Assembly (NCBI GenBank): GCA_023515725.1
Contig: JALDTO010000246.1
Coordinates: 281,680 to 345,679, forward strand
DNA from: Amoeboaphelidium protococcarum X5
Taxonomy: Eukaryota > Fungi > Aphelidiomycota
Reading direction: 5' to 3'
Length of the DNA stretch: 64,000 nucleotides
The translations under genes and the position numbers were made by a program. Of this stretch, positions 1 to 11,753 are shown piece by piece (positions within the stretch are counted from its first letter, which is position 1; the number at the start of each line of letters is the position of its first letter). The notes beneath the pieces are model-generated. The model was given only the letters and a program-made list of their open reading frames with translations, made no database searches and had not been told where the DNA came from.

Positions 1-215
1 AATCCAACGGCGATCATATACGCAGGCCCGATAAATTTAAAGAAAGATCGCCATGATCGACCTCTGATATTATTGCGACTGCTACCACCTTCTCCACTTT
101 CATCAATGTCAAACGTATCAGGATCTTGCAGTCTTTCATATTCCAGATGCTCCTCTTCGCTCATGAAGAAAATCTTGTTCAATCTATTTTTCCATCCCAA
201 TTATTACTACTCCAT
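1..215 (-). CDS. NRAMP/Smf-family divalent metal transporter, 5' part (runs off window)
   Basis: ATG at 215; code-6 translation MEQQQLGWKNRLNKIFFMSEEEH...WRSFFKFIGPAYMIAVG resembles the NRAMP TM1 lead-in to the DPGN motif, which lies beyond the window edge. Confidence 0.72.
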
Positions 216-584
216 CTTTAGAATTTTAATTTTCTAATTTTTATTAATTGTATAGAGATATGATAAAGAGGGAAAGAGTGAGGCAATGTGTGGCTTTATA
301 TAGCGTGATAAGATGATGACACGATGAGAATCAGAATTTGAAATTTTGACGTGACGCGAGATCACTTAAACTAAGCTTTGCATTTTACACCCGTAAATTG
401 AGTATATAATGACGTGATATCACTTTTAATCTCCGATTTATGGTGTATTTATCTTTTATATTTCGAAAATGGGATTAAAACGCTCTGATAAATAAAGTGG
501 CGACACTTCAAAAGAATTTGGAACAATGAACAGCGGATAGTAAACTACTAATGCGCAGTAATCAGATAATAATCTATTTATCTA

Positions 585-2093
585 TCAGCTGTCATCGCCA
601 TTTTCTTCTTATTAAAATCTTAGTTCAAATATAGCGACAAAGAAGCCATTGGTGAGATGTTTATGAGGATCAACGCGAATTACTTGGTCCATCCCATCAA
701 CACCGCGATAAGTCCATTTGGGAAGCGCGTGATACAATTGCCATTAGTCTTTGCATTTCTGTAGACAATGTTCCACTACCATCTCGTTCTCTTCAACATT
801 GACAGAGCATGTGCTATATGACACACGTTCTACAGCTGGAAATGAAAGAGCATGCAGGAGCATCTTTTTCTAGAACGAACTTAGATTCTCCAGTCGGTCT
901 GCTGATTAGTCATTAGTATCATCAACCTAGGTGTCGTCAATAGATAAAGCGATTCGATTCCCAGACTTTTATTGAGTTCGATGAGAGTCAACCAGATAAT
1001 CTAGTCTGTTCACAATACCAGACCCGGAGCATGATGGATCAAGAATAATGAATCTGACTTGATTGTATGGTTCAGAGTGGGGATCAATATCGAGGAAACT
1101 CTGACACTATGCACTAACATTAAGACATCCATACTTGCGCATCTACATCTCCAAAGTGTTCAGTCTAACGCGATCGATATCAAAAGCGTACACACAACCA
1201 GCATTCAGATGATCTTCATACACGGCGGCACTGAGTTGACTAGTCTTATTGCCTGGGGCAGCACACGCATCAATACACACTGCGCCTTTATACTCAGTAT
1301 CATATCCATCAAACAGAGCAGCGACTGGCATACAGCTGGCCTTATCTTACAGAATCAGTGCTCCTTTTAAATACAACTTGTTCAGATGAAGATCATGTCC
1401 AGGTGGGAATACAAGCAGATTAGGTATATGCTCGTCAATAGCGAATATTTTAACAGACTTTTTATTTCTCTAAGATTATTAAGTGTTAGTTGATTTCATT
1501 TCTTCAGACATGGATAAAAGCGTATCTACCTGCTAGTAACCTTATTATTAGAGAGCTTTACAGACATCGCCGATACCCATGACAAAAGCATTCACTCTGG
1601 CATAGCGCGGTATTTTATCAGAAAGTGCAGCCATCTTTGCAATATTCTAATCTATGAGTTGACTATTATCTTTAACACTTTTCTGGATCTTAAGCTTAGA
1701 TAACTCTGAGCGGAGACGCGTCTTGTTCATCCATAGGTGGTTAAACAATTGTGCGGGTGGTCCCTTGTCTTTCATTACAATCACACTGTGCACCTTGCTC
1801 AGCTATCCTATGGCAATCTCGTACGCCATGACTACCAACAAAAATTAGAGATTATTAGTTTTACGCACTATAGCTTTGCTCAGACTCTGATACAATTGTG
1901 CGCTATTAATCAGCGTATCAACCACAGACTTGTACTCCAAGACGCGACATAGGAAAGCCATTAACTGCTTCTTATTTATACTCTAGTTCTTGCACTCGAA
2001 TACTTAGCTCTTTAACGATTTGCTCTTCTCTTGTGTCAGCACTGAATGCAGAATCGTCGCTGCCTAGTTATATAATAGTATCTACACCTTCAT
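585..2093 (-). CDS. NSUN5: rRNA cytosine-C5 methyltransferase NSUN5/Rcm1 (502 aa, intronless)
   Basis: Continuous frame with TAR=Gln ending in TGA; motifs IPRYARVN, LILQDKASCMP, IDACAAPGNKT, ILLDPSCSGSG, VSYSTCSVNVEENE, TNGFFVA. Confidence 0.9.
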
Positions 2094-2247
2094 TTTGCTA
2101 TTTTACTCGTTTTCTATCACTAACTTGCTGATTGTAAAAAATGAGATTGATTCTTTACCTATACCCATTTTATAGTAGAGTTGAAAGCTCCAGATTTAAA
2201 TTAAAACATGTTTCATCCAAAATTAAATTTAATATAAATCAGAGTGT

Positions 2248-4329
2248 TCATAATTTCGAAGATAATTTCTTGGTGGTGGAGTGACCGCCAGCGCTTCTAG
2301 GAGTGTTGGAAGCATTGACAATCTCACATAGACGAGATACTTCGAGCAGAGTCTAAGCCAAAATAATCTTAAACTACGCGGTGCTAGTCTCCCGGCAGCT
2401 CTTCTTACTCTCAATGCCAAACTTGATAAATTCATCGCCGACACAGTAGTTGATACCGTATCCATCAGGTTCTACGGTACCAAATCCAGTACCATTGTAA
2501 TTGACACCACTGGACAGGGATGAGGTGGACAATCTGAATCGAGTAGATTCAAGCATCGCCGGGTGAGAGAAGAGCTGATGTCTATTGGCAGAGTCTAATT
2601 ACAAATTCTCTCCTGCTAGAGTGGGTAGACTATAAGCAACTTTTAAGCCCAGAATGTGGCGATCCACACCTTGACCGCTCATTGCCTCTATAGTGTAACG
2701 AGTATGTGATACTCCGGCTTTTTGCAAGGCATCATACTTTTGCTAGGAGGAAGCGTTCTTATTTACCATCAGCTTTAGAAAATCCACAGAGTCCACAGAG
2801 CAGGATCTAATACACTCTGTTCTTCCCTTCAAGAATTAACGAGTACTAGCAGTCTCATATACTGCACACCACTCTCCTTCAGCCTTACCGCCAATCTACT
2901 AGCTAGCTTTATAGAAAGCCAGTTGCAAGCACATTTAAATGAAAGCGTCAGGACTAATCTTTCCAATTACAGACTTCAAGTGCTTCCCACCAAAATCGGT
3001 AAATATCAACACCCCTGCATCACTATTTCCACCAACTTGATTCGCAGTGTTTATAGCTCTGGGAATATAAACATTCTTCATAGTGTCATCCAACTGCCAC
3101 TAAAGTCTAGACCATAACGATTGTAAATTAGGTCGATGGCTTCTATCATACACAACACTCAAGTCGCTGATAGCCCCATTAACATCTCTAGCAGGCTCAT
3201 TCTCAACAAGCCAATCAATAAATCTAGATGGAATCAGAGCATCACACGGTGAATGTTCGCCATTAATACCAGCAGATCCATCAGACATCACAATCACTGT
3301 CAGAGTCTTGTCAAACCAGCGATTCCTTCCATAACCATACGAAGAGTCACCAGAACGCAACAGTCCATGCGCAGTGTTAGAATACAATGAAGAGAAGTCA
3401 TTAGTCGGCACACTGACATCATCGAGAGCTATACAAAACAACGAATCTCTAACATCCTCAAATGAATCCTTGTTAACTTTACTAATATTCAGCAAATGCT
3501 TATGAGCTTATGCCCAATTGTCTCGCTGATCTGCCGTAAGAATACCCACTGGATACTTGACTTACTCGCTCTATGCATCACTGACAATATCCCACAGTAA
3601 CTTTTCAAGTGCAGCAATGCTCAGCCGTTGCACGCCACTACCATCTGGAGTATCTACATAGCAATCCAGATGATACACATGATCGTTAACCAATACTGTG
3701 GTGTGACGAGCAGCACCGGATTGAACGGTCGTAAATCGAGATGAGCAGACGTCGGTATCACATCCATCCAGAGGGACTCTTGTCATACCAAACATTAATC
3801 TATACTGGTTCATGCACAATGGTATCTTTTTCCTGCCCATCAACTCAGCCTCAATACTCTAATTGTCGATGGCTTCCTTCATGTTCAGAGCATTAGTGAT
3901 AAATCCAGCAGCTCGATGTATCTAAAATGAAGTGAACCGGCCTTCTTATACTGGCGGCTGGGAATAATGCTTCAGGTTCTGAGGATGTTACGGATGCTCT
4001 TTCATTGCCAGAAACCAATTGGAATTGACAATCAACGGCTCTCTCCACGACAAATATGCTAAATCAAGCCACCATTTATCAAGCCAATTACCACCACCCT
4101 CACCAACCATAGTCTGAAATGGAACAATATTCACTTACTCGGCATGCTTTAACAAACGTGCTTAGAGTACCGGGCCATGAGTGGACACAAAGTTTTGACA
4201 CAGCTGTTACAACTCGGAGGCATCGTCATCAGATTTGATATACGGAAGTAACGACTTGTACAGTTTCTAAACCGTCTACTCTAGATCCGGTACCGGAAGT
4301 TTTGGTAATTAAGACTGATAAGAATCCAT
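2248..4329 (-). CDS. Carnitine O-acyltransferase (choline/carnitine acyltransferase family), peroxisomal, 693 aa
   Basis: LPKLPVPDL N-terminal motif, NRWFDKT, GEHSPCDA catalytic His, YETASTRQFLKGRTE, GQGVDRHILGL, GFGTVEPDGYGINY; code-6 C-terminus is -SSKL* (PTS1). Confidence 0.92.
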
Positions 4330-4470
4330 CCTAGAGCGTCGATAAATAGCTTTTTAACTTAATATGGTGATAACTGATAAAGGAAGAAAGAAGGAACGAG
4401 ACGGCGGCCAGGTGAAACAAAGTCCACAGAAAACTCTTTAAAGGTCAGTTTTGACTGAAACGCCATTTAG

Positions 4471-4591
4471 GCGAGACGCGTCTTTGCACGACGAGAATTC
4501 AATCCAATCACAAGGGGAAGAAAACCTTAACCGACCGATGATTTCGAGTTCAATTTCCAATCAGTGCCCAATTTTCTTGCGAGACGCGTCT
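4471..4591. promoter_or_regulatory. Two identical 13-nt GCGAGACGCGTCT elements (palindromic AGACGCGTCT core, MCB-like ACGCGT) in the divergent carnitine acyltransferase/RPL1 promoter
   Basis: Exact copies at 4471-4483 and 4579-4591; regulatory function is inferred. Confidence 0.4.
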
Positions 4592-4672
4592 GAGGAAGAA
4601 TTTCGCTCTACGGTCACTGCAGCATTTTCCTTATATTGGATTTATAGTACATTTACACCGTTTTTAAATAAA

Positions 4673-5326
4673 ATGAGCAGCAAATTACAGGTGCCAGCTG
4701 TGCGTGAAGCCGTTCAGCAGCTATTGGCTCAGTCCGGGGAGAAGAAGCGTAATTTCTTGGAGACTGTGGAATTGCAGATTGGATTGAAGAACTACGATCC
4801 TCAGCGTGATAAGCGTTTCGCTGGATCCATTAAATTGCCAAATATTCCTCGCCCAAAAATGTCTGTGTGTATTCTGGGTGATGCTCACCACTGTGACGAA
4901 GCAGCCAAGGTTGGACTCGAATCCATGTCTGTGGACGATTTAAAGAAATTGAACAAGAACAAGAAGCTGGTCAAGAAGATGGCTAAGAAATACGACGCGT
5001 TCTTGGCCTCTGACTCTTTGATTAAGCTGTTGCCTCGTCTGCTTGGCCCTGGTTTGCACAAGGCTGGTAAATTTCCAACTCCAGTGTCACATAACGACAA
5101 TCTGTTGGAGAAGGCTAACGAGATTCGCGCCACCATTAAATTCCAGCTTAAGAAGGTGCTGTGTCTCGGTGTTGCTGTCGGTAATGTCGGTATGTCGGAC
5201 GATGAGATGCTGTCTAATGTCATGCTTGCAGTTAATTTCTTGGTGTCTCTGTTGAAGAAGAACTGGTAGAACGTCAAGTCTCTATATATCAAGTCTTCTA
5301 TGGGTGCACCTATTAGATTGTACTGA
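4673..5326 (+). CDS. RPL1: 60S ribosomal protein uL1 (L1/L10a), 217 aa
   Basis: [26 protein letters not shown]...LLKKNW[TAG=Q][21 protein letters not shown]; reading TAG as Gln restores the conserved NWQNV and the normal 217-aa length. Confidence 0.97.
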
Positions 5327-5469
5327 TTGACCTATGACTTTATATAGTATGCTCAGTAAGATTCTTTCGCGTTTCTCTTTGCTTACATTCTGTTGATCTC
5401 TTTGCTGTGCCTTACCCATTATTAACCAAATACTAGGAAACAGAAACTCTAGTGTTGAGGTTTATTCTT

Positions 5470-5593
5470 AGCATGTTGGAGGTCATTTCCACCAATTTTT
5501 CCCCCAACTCAGTGCTCCTGTTTGTAGCGTTGCAGGTATAGCCTTGGGAGGTGGACGCGTCGAATCACCTCAACTGTACGCTTGTTGCTACAA
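5470..5593 (+). other. Two adjacent predicted RNA hairpins downstream of RPL1 (structured 3'UTR element or small ncRNA)
   Basis: Hairpin 1 (5470-5516): AGCAT/GTGCT and GTTGG/CCAAC. Hairpin 2 (5522-5593): TTGTAGC/GCTACAA, GCAGG/CTTGT, TATAG/CTGTA, GAGGTG/CACCTC. G-U pairs favour the + strand. Folded by eye only. Confidence 0.4.
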
Positions 5594-5768
5594 TTTTGTG
5601 GAAATTAAATACCGTATATACTGTTAACGAACATTATAAGAATGAAAACTGAGTGATAGATAGTTAAGACCATTGCTATTTAAAAGTGCAAATCAAATAT
5701 ATTTCATCAATTCCGATAATTCATTGCTCAGACTCTGCAACTTCCATGTCTTATCTTTCCCACTCCTC

Positions 5769-6108
5769 TCACAGATTTCCGAGAAATTCCCAAGCCTCGG
5801 CATCCCAAAACTTCATACCATAACTCAGAATGATATTTACATCTTCTTCATATCTCTTATCGCCAGGCTCGCCATATGGAATCTCGTCGTCATCATCTTC
5901 ATCGTCGTCTTCTTTAGCCGCTTCGCCTTACGCGTCATTAGCGCTCGCCTGTTGCTCTCACTGCAGACGATACTCGGCCTCCTCTTTTTTTATTTACTCA
6001 ATCGCGCCCCAGCTATGGCCTATATCCATACTGGATCGTGAGATTTATATCTTGCTCAAACAACTATTCGTAATCATCATTAGAATCGTAATATTCACTG
6101 TCTGACAT
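5769..6108 (-). pseudogene. Disrupted small acidic ORF with two related motifs
   Basis: ATG 6108 frame (MSDSEYYDSNDDYEQLFEQDINLTIQYGYRPQLGRD*) stops at 5998. A second frame continues WGAIEQIKKEEAEYRLQ*EQQ...DDDEDDDDEIPYGEPGDKRYEEDVNIILSYGMKFW...L*, with an internal TGA. Confidence 0.3.
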
Positions 6109-6406
6109 TTTCTTTCCTAACGCCACAGTATCGGACTTGAGTTTGAGAGAATGAGAGAGGTGTATAATGGGGCGATCAGGAGTCATTTAGTTTCAAGCTA
6201 ATCACACTAATGATTTTGAGTGAGTGAGTGAGTGAGCTGTGGGTTGATGTAGCAGACAGACAGACAGACTAACATGACTCTGCTAACTTTATGACGAGAT
6301 TCTATTTTCTCCGAGAGTTTATTTGATCGGAATATCTTTTTTCTCTTTATAATCATTCTTTAAAATAGTGTTGTTATAACTTTTGTGAGCACAATTTTAG
6401 TAAGAA

Positions 6407-7522
6407 ATGAATGGAACAGCGTGGGCAGACGGGCCTGATATATAAACTTCAGTGACTTAAATGATTTTAACCAAGTTTTTTGAAGCACTGCATGATGATG
6501 TGTATCCTACAGAAGATTCTGAATCAGTTTTTGGTATTGAGATGGATTAGTCTGGCTCATAATCTTCTAATGTGGCCGAGTGGAAGACTGGGCATTTGAT
6601 GTATGGAGCATGGTAGACTCTGTGGAAGAATGGCATGATTGATATGAGCAATATGACAGCCGCCATGTAAAGGGGTGAATTGCCCAAATTCTTTGAGAAG
6701 ACTGCTCGTGATTTGAATATAAAGTATGAAGAGGCATGCCGAGTGGGACACGGTGATGTGTACTGTACATGACAACATATGTGTAAGAGCTGGTAAAGAG
6801 AAACTTTTGCGGTATCGTGTGAGACCATGTAGTTTTGAATAACTTGAAGCACCGAAACTCTGCGTCATAAAATACTGGCCCTTTTACTGAAAAATCCACT
6901 GGTAATCCTGCAAGTAATCAGTAGCAACCTAAAGTTGTCAAAGGTATAAGAATCAATGGTTCCAAGATTACACCTGAGGACGTGGTCTTTGATTCTTCTT
7001 TTGCTGAGACGGTGCCTATCGCACACGCTGTGAACATTCCATTGTACGTCAAGAAGTTACCTGGTCCCGGAAGAAATGACTCATAGTGCCTGATTGTCAG
7101 ATTAATGTCTGAGCCCAGGGTAGGCCTTGCTCCGCCTCGCTGGTAATACGGGGTATTTAATGGACCGGCACCGCCAGTTCTAGTCGCTCGCAGTGATGGA
7201 ATTGCATTTGAAGTGGACTATTGGTGTGTTATGAATGAATTTGGTTGCGCCATGTTGGACGGTGGTCCTAGAAATGTCAAGCGCTTTGATTTTACTTCGT
7301 ACGCTGAATTTGACAGATTTGAGACGACAAACATTGTCATGGAAGCTAATTATCCAGAAGGCGCTCGTTTTCGCGTTCACGGATTAATAGAATAGAGCTG
7401 ATTTAAATGACCGGGTTGGAACTCTGACCGGTTGGTATGGAAATAAGCGCGTGGGAGTCCAAATTCGATAAAGCAACGAATCATTCTCTTTAAAGCCTTC
7501 TAATGTGGAATTGATCGATTGA
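6407..7522 (+). pseudogene. Probable pseudogene: fungal MYND-associated domain plus C-terminal GL-x-x-RADLN SH3-like motif
   Basis: IPLYVKK...LMSEPRVGLAPPRWQYG...PVLVARSDG resembles the domain accompanying zf-MYND in fungal proteins. TGA at 6770 and 6820 with a frame change between them (a GT..TGTAG intron ending at 6832 is possible). A 1-nt frameshift near 7387 separates RVHGL from NRADLNDRVGTLTGWYGNKRVGVQ...LKPSNVELID*. Confidence 0.5.
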
Positions 7523-7719
7523 AGTTTTTATGGTCATCTAAAATCTTATAATATTAGTGATAATATTAATAAATTACATCAGCGATAAACTAACATTCAT
7601 TGAAATGATTTAAAAATCGCACCAGACTGTTACGTTTATATAAATCAAAGATCAACTAGCGGCAACTACTGTAACAACCATTTATGGATAGACAGACACC
7701 TGGTGATATACAAGCAAAG

Positions 7720-9669
7720 TCAATTGTATCGATCTAGAATCTTTTCTCGGTGAAGCAGCTTCTTGTAAATATAGTTCCACTTGGCAGCCACCTGTTATAA
7801 CTGTTTAGATCTGGCTTTCTCAACCAGGGTGAGAACGCGAGACTTGAACTCTTCAACAAATTCAGCCACTTTATCCTCAGCAACTACTATTCCATCAACT
7901 GAAGGCACACTTCTTCCGCCATGATACTCAAAGCCTATTACAGCCTCAGCAAATTCTATATCACAATCTTGGGCGACACGCTTCATGGTAGGCAGACGAA
8001 CGTCAGCGGATGCATTCTTCATACTCTTGGGCAGTTTCCGCCAAAGATACCGTTCACTGATATGAAAAGCACCTTCAGGCAGCATCTCCTCTCTGAACAA
8101 ATCCATATTACCATACTTGTTCTTGGGGATTATACCATTGACAATAGGGGGAGCGCGATACGGCTCCGTCTACCAAAATCCAAATAATCCCACCAAGCCT
8201 TCTTTCTATAACTCAGTCTACTCTTCCTCCATCAGAATTTTAATATTACGTTTGGTGGGCATAACGCGCGATTTAACCTTCTTCACAGGACATTCCCCTG
8301 CCTTGACAACTCGAGCCTCCTACGAAATCCACTTCTCTGCCGTATGAAGATCTTGAACCAGACTTCGCGGATAGATATCATGTCCTCTTATCTAACCGAC
8401 AATTTACGCCGGATCTTTGGGGTGGATAACTTCAAACTTTTTCAAATACTTTTCAATTACAAACTGTGGATGATTATTGAATTCCGCCAAAGATTTGGGC
8501 ATAATTGTACAACTTTGAGAAAATGAATCCTAATCTTTCTGATCAGCCTCTTCACACCTAGAATTGGCTGCAAATAGTCCACTTATAGTGTCCTTCCACC
8601 AATCTAAACAAGATTCTTTACGCCTCACATTAAAATCTAAATACCGAGCAGATACACATTTACCAAAGCTAGACTGAGCCTCTAACGCGACAATGTACTA
8701 AAAATTGATGCCCACATTGCTAATTGAATACTAAATGTGTTTATCATCATCATCAGAAATCAGCTCGATGTCTACAAGGCCAAATGGCACCCACGACTGT
8801 CCATCCTCTGATAAAATTTCATACCAAACATTATTAACTACTAGTGAACTATCTGAACGGTCCATAAAACTTTTTTTCTATACTTTGGCACTCTTTCGCT
8901 TACCACCTCGATCAAAATATGGACTCTTGACAACATCTGGCTCAAATTCATCATCGCTGCCTTCTACTACAGCCGCCTTTCGCTTCCTTCTCTTTTACTT
9001 CTAACTATCAGGTGGAGTTCTACTTTAAATCTCACGAACTACCACCTCCTTTTGCTCTATATGACTAACATTGTTTAACTTCTAATTCAAACTTCGCTGT
9101 ACTTTAAGTGACGGTACCTGGATCGCGTAAACAAGCCGGACTTCAAATCCTAATGCTCGTAAAAGCGCGACAAAGAGCACGGTCAACTCTCTTGTATTAC
9201 CATCACGCTTATTAATAGTCTTGATCAACGATTACTTTACGCTAATGTCATCTTAAACAACCAATTAATCATCCACACTGTATTCATTAAGAAGCCACTT
9301 TCGGACTGACGACAGCCACGACAAAAGTTCTGACTATGACGTAATATCTGACTGACGAGAATGAAGTTTAAATGGTAGCTGAGACAGCACTAAACCTTAT
9401 AGAGTAGAATCATCACATAGCGCGTTTAGTATACATGCATTGAATAATTGAAATACAGCGTGACTTTAATGTAGGAACATTTATCTATTACGCATATCTT
9501 TCGTGATCCCAGGCTGCTTCTATCGCTTCTGAATGGAAATCGTCATCTCCGAATGATGGTCACTCGGTTGCTCGCCATTATCATCCTCCTTTGCAATGGC
9601 TTGATTGTTCAGCTGTTAATGCTCCACCTCTTCCCAATCTTCTTCAAATTCACTTTCAGATTTCGTCAT
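7720..9669 (-). CDS. RAD4: DNA damage recognition protein Rad4/XPC (649 aa; alternative in-frame ATG at 9810)
   Basis: EEDWEEVE N-terminus, LFVALLRALGFEVRLV, IPKNKYGNMDLF, EAVIGFEYHGGRSVPSVDGIVVA, C-terminal WNYIYKKLLHREKILDRYN*. Confidence 0.92.
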
Positions 9670-10184
9670 TGTTACTTTAATTTAATCACCTAGATCTTCT
9701 GTAGCCAAAGGAAAAGTGTCAGCGATCGGCGACTATCGAATGACAGAAATCAATCGCGATGATGTTTCTTTGACAGAGAAGACTCGATAATGACATCTTA
9801 CTAATGACATGATTTAAAACGGCGATCATTCGCTACAAGTCTAACAATTCCCGTTCTTTGTATCGCTTTGCTTAATAAAATCATGACGATATTTCCATTG
9901 TTGTTGTTTGAAGGTACGCTTGGCGACAGTCGATTCTTATCAATTCCGTTATCGGCAGCGCGTAAAAATAAACAAAACGTACTGTCACCCAGGAAGCTTA
10001 TCAGCCATCCATCCTTTGATCATCGACGGCAATTGATAACGATAAGCAATCAACAACAAACACTTGCCTCTTTTGTATTACAACTAAGCGGTGTAAATAA
10101 AATCAATTCTTCCTACTTTGATTATCTTTGCTATTGGATTTACAACTATTGAAAATTGTTGTTTCAGAGTACGTCTTATCAATA

Positions 10185-11616
10185 ATGTCTTTGCTGTATA
10201 ACAACGCTACGGTTCTTAATGCTGGCCAGGAGGCTTTGTATCAGCAATTGAATGGTGCTGACATGGTGTGGGTTATGGTCGCCTCCGTCCTGGTGTTTAT
10301 AATGGTAAGTTTATTTGCGATACAATTATAGAGAGATCTTAACCTTCTTATCGTGAATTTTAATTAGAGTGTAGACACCAGCTAATGGCTATTTCTATGG
10401 TGGAACAGTAGAGTTTAAGAATGCAATGTCTGTCATCTTTATTTGTATGCTCACAGGAGCCGTCGTTTCTATCCAATGGTTCTTCTGGGGTTACTCTTTG
10501 GCCTTCTCTGACACTTCAACTAATGGATTTATTGGTGATTTGTACTATGGTGGTTTCGCTAATCTGGGAATGAAGCCTCATCCTAATTGCCCCACTATTC
10601 CAGGTCTTTTGTTTAGTATTTATCAGCTTATGTTTGCCACTGTTACTCCCGCTTTAGCTTTTGGCAGTATCGCTGAGCGTACTAGAATCTTGCCATGGAT
10701 AGTCTTCTTGTTCGTGTGGTGTACTTTTGTGTATGATATCGTTGCGTATTGGACATGGAATCCATCTGGATGGTTGTACAAGTTTGGTATCAAGGATTTC
10801 GCAGGTGGTATTCCAGTGCATATTGTCAGTGGTGTGAGCGGTTTGGCACTATCGCTCGCGGTTGGTAAGCGTTCTCAATCTGCTGCTATGCCTCACAATC
10901 TTACTCATACGGCACTGGGTACTGCTCTGTTTTGGTTCGGTTGGTTCGGATTTAATGGTGGCTCTGAATGTCGAATGGACACTAGAGCTATCAATGCCGC
11001 GTATGTCACTCATCTAAGCGCGTGCTTTGGCGGTCTGGCTTGGATCCTGTATGACTACAGACTTCATCAGAAGATCACTTCCTTGGGATTTTGTAGTGGT
11101 GCTGTGGCTGGTCTTGTGGTGATTACTCCTGCAGCTGGCTTTGTTGCTCCATGGACTACACCAATTTTCGGTATTGCCGGAGCTCTGGCTGGTAATAATG
11201 CGTGCTTTCTCAAGAGTCGCTTTGAGTATGATGATAGTCTGGATGCGTTTGCTGTGCATGCGGCTGTCGGGTTTGTCGGTACGATGCTGACTGCCATCTT
11301 TGCCACCACAAGCGTTGAAAACATGTCCAACACTGGAAGTGCTAATCCAAGTGGTTGGATTGATGGAAACTTTTACCAGTTTGTGCCACAGTTTGTCGGC
11401 TGCCTGGTGAGTGCTATTTATGTGTTTGTTATCACGCTACTGATTGCAAAAGTTATGGATAAAATTAGATTTACAGTCGGCGGAAGATCGTATTCTCTGT
11501 CACTTCGTATGAATCGTGAAGATGAATTGACTGGAACTGATTTTAGTCTTATGGGTGAAGTTGCTTATGATTTCACTCACACTGGGTAAAAACATATTGA
11601 GGCGTTGATGGCATGA
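10185..11616 (+). CDS. Ammonium transporter (Amt/Mep); exons 10185-10304, 10375-11616
   Basis: Intron 10305-10374 (GTAAGT..GTGTAG) joins FIM|TPANGYFYGG; DFAGGIPVH, WFGWFGFNGGS, GLVVITP, DDSLDAFAVH; ends TGA. Confidence 0.95.
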
Positions 11617-11753
11617 TGATCTTATGATGTAACGAGTTCTGTTGACTTGTTTAACAATCTGTGATGGTTTAAAGTATAATGTAGTTTTAGATTAAACCAT
11701 TTCTCTTTTATACTCACTTTCATCACTCTTTTACACCTTAAACACTCACTCGT

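Noticed and set aside
4451-4672. N-terminal extension of uL1 from TTG 4451
   Set aside because: ATG 4673 gives the canonical 217-aa protein; the upstream part is promoter/UTR-like
5958-5960. In-frame TGA as selenocysteine, with the 5470-5593 hairpins as SECIS
   Set aside because: The context (YRLQ*EQQ) is not redox-like, the hairpin has no AUGA/GA quartet on the minus strand, and its G-U pairs favour the plus strand
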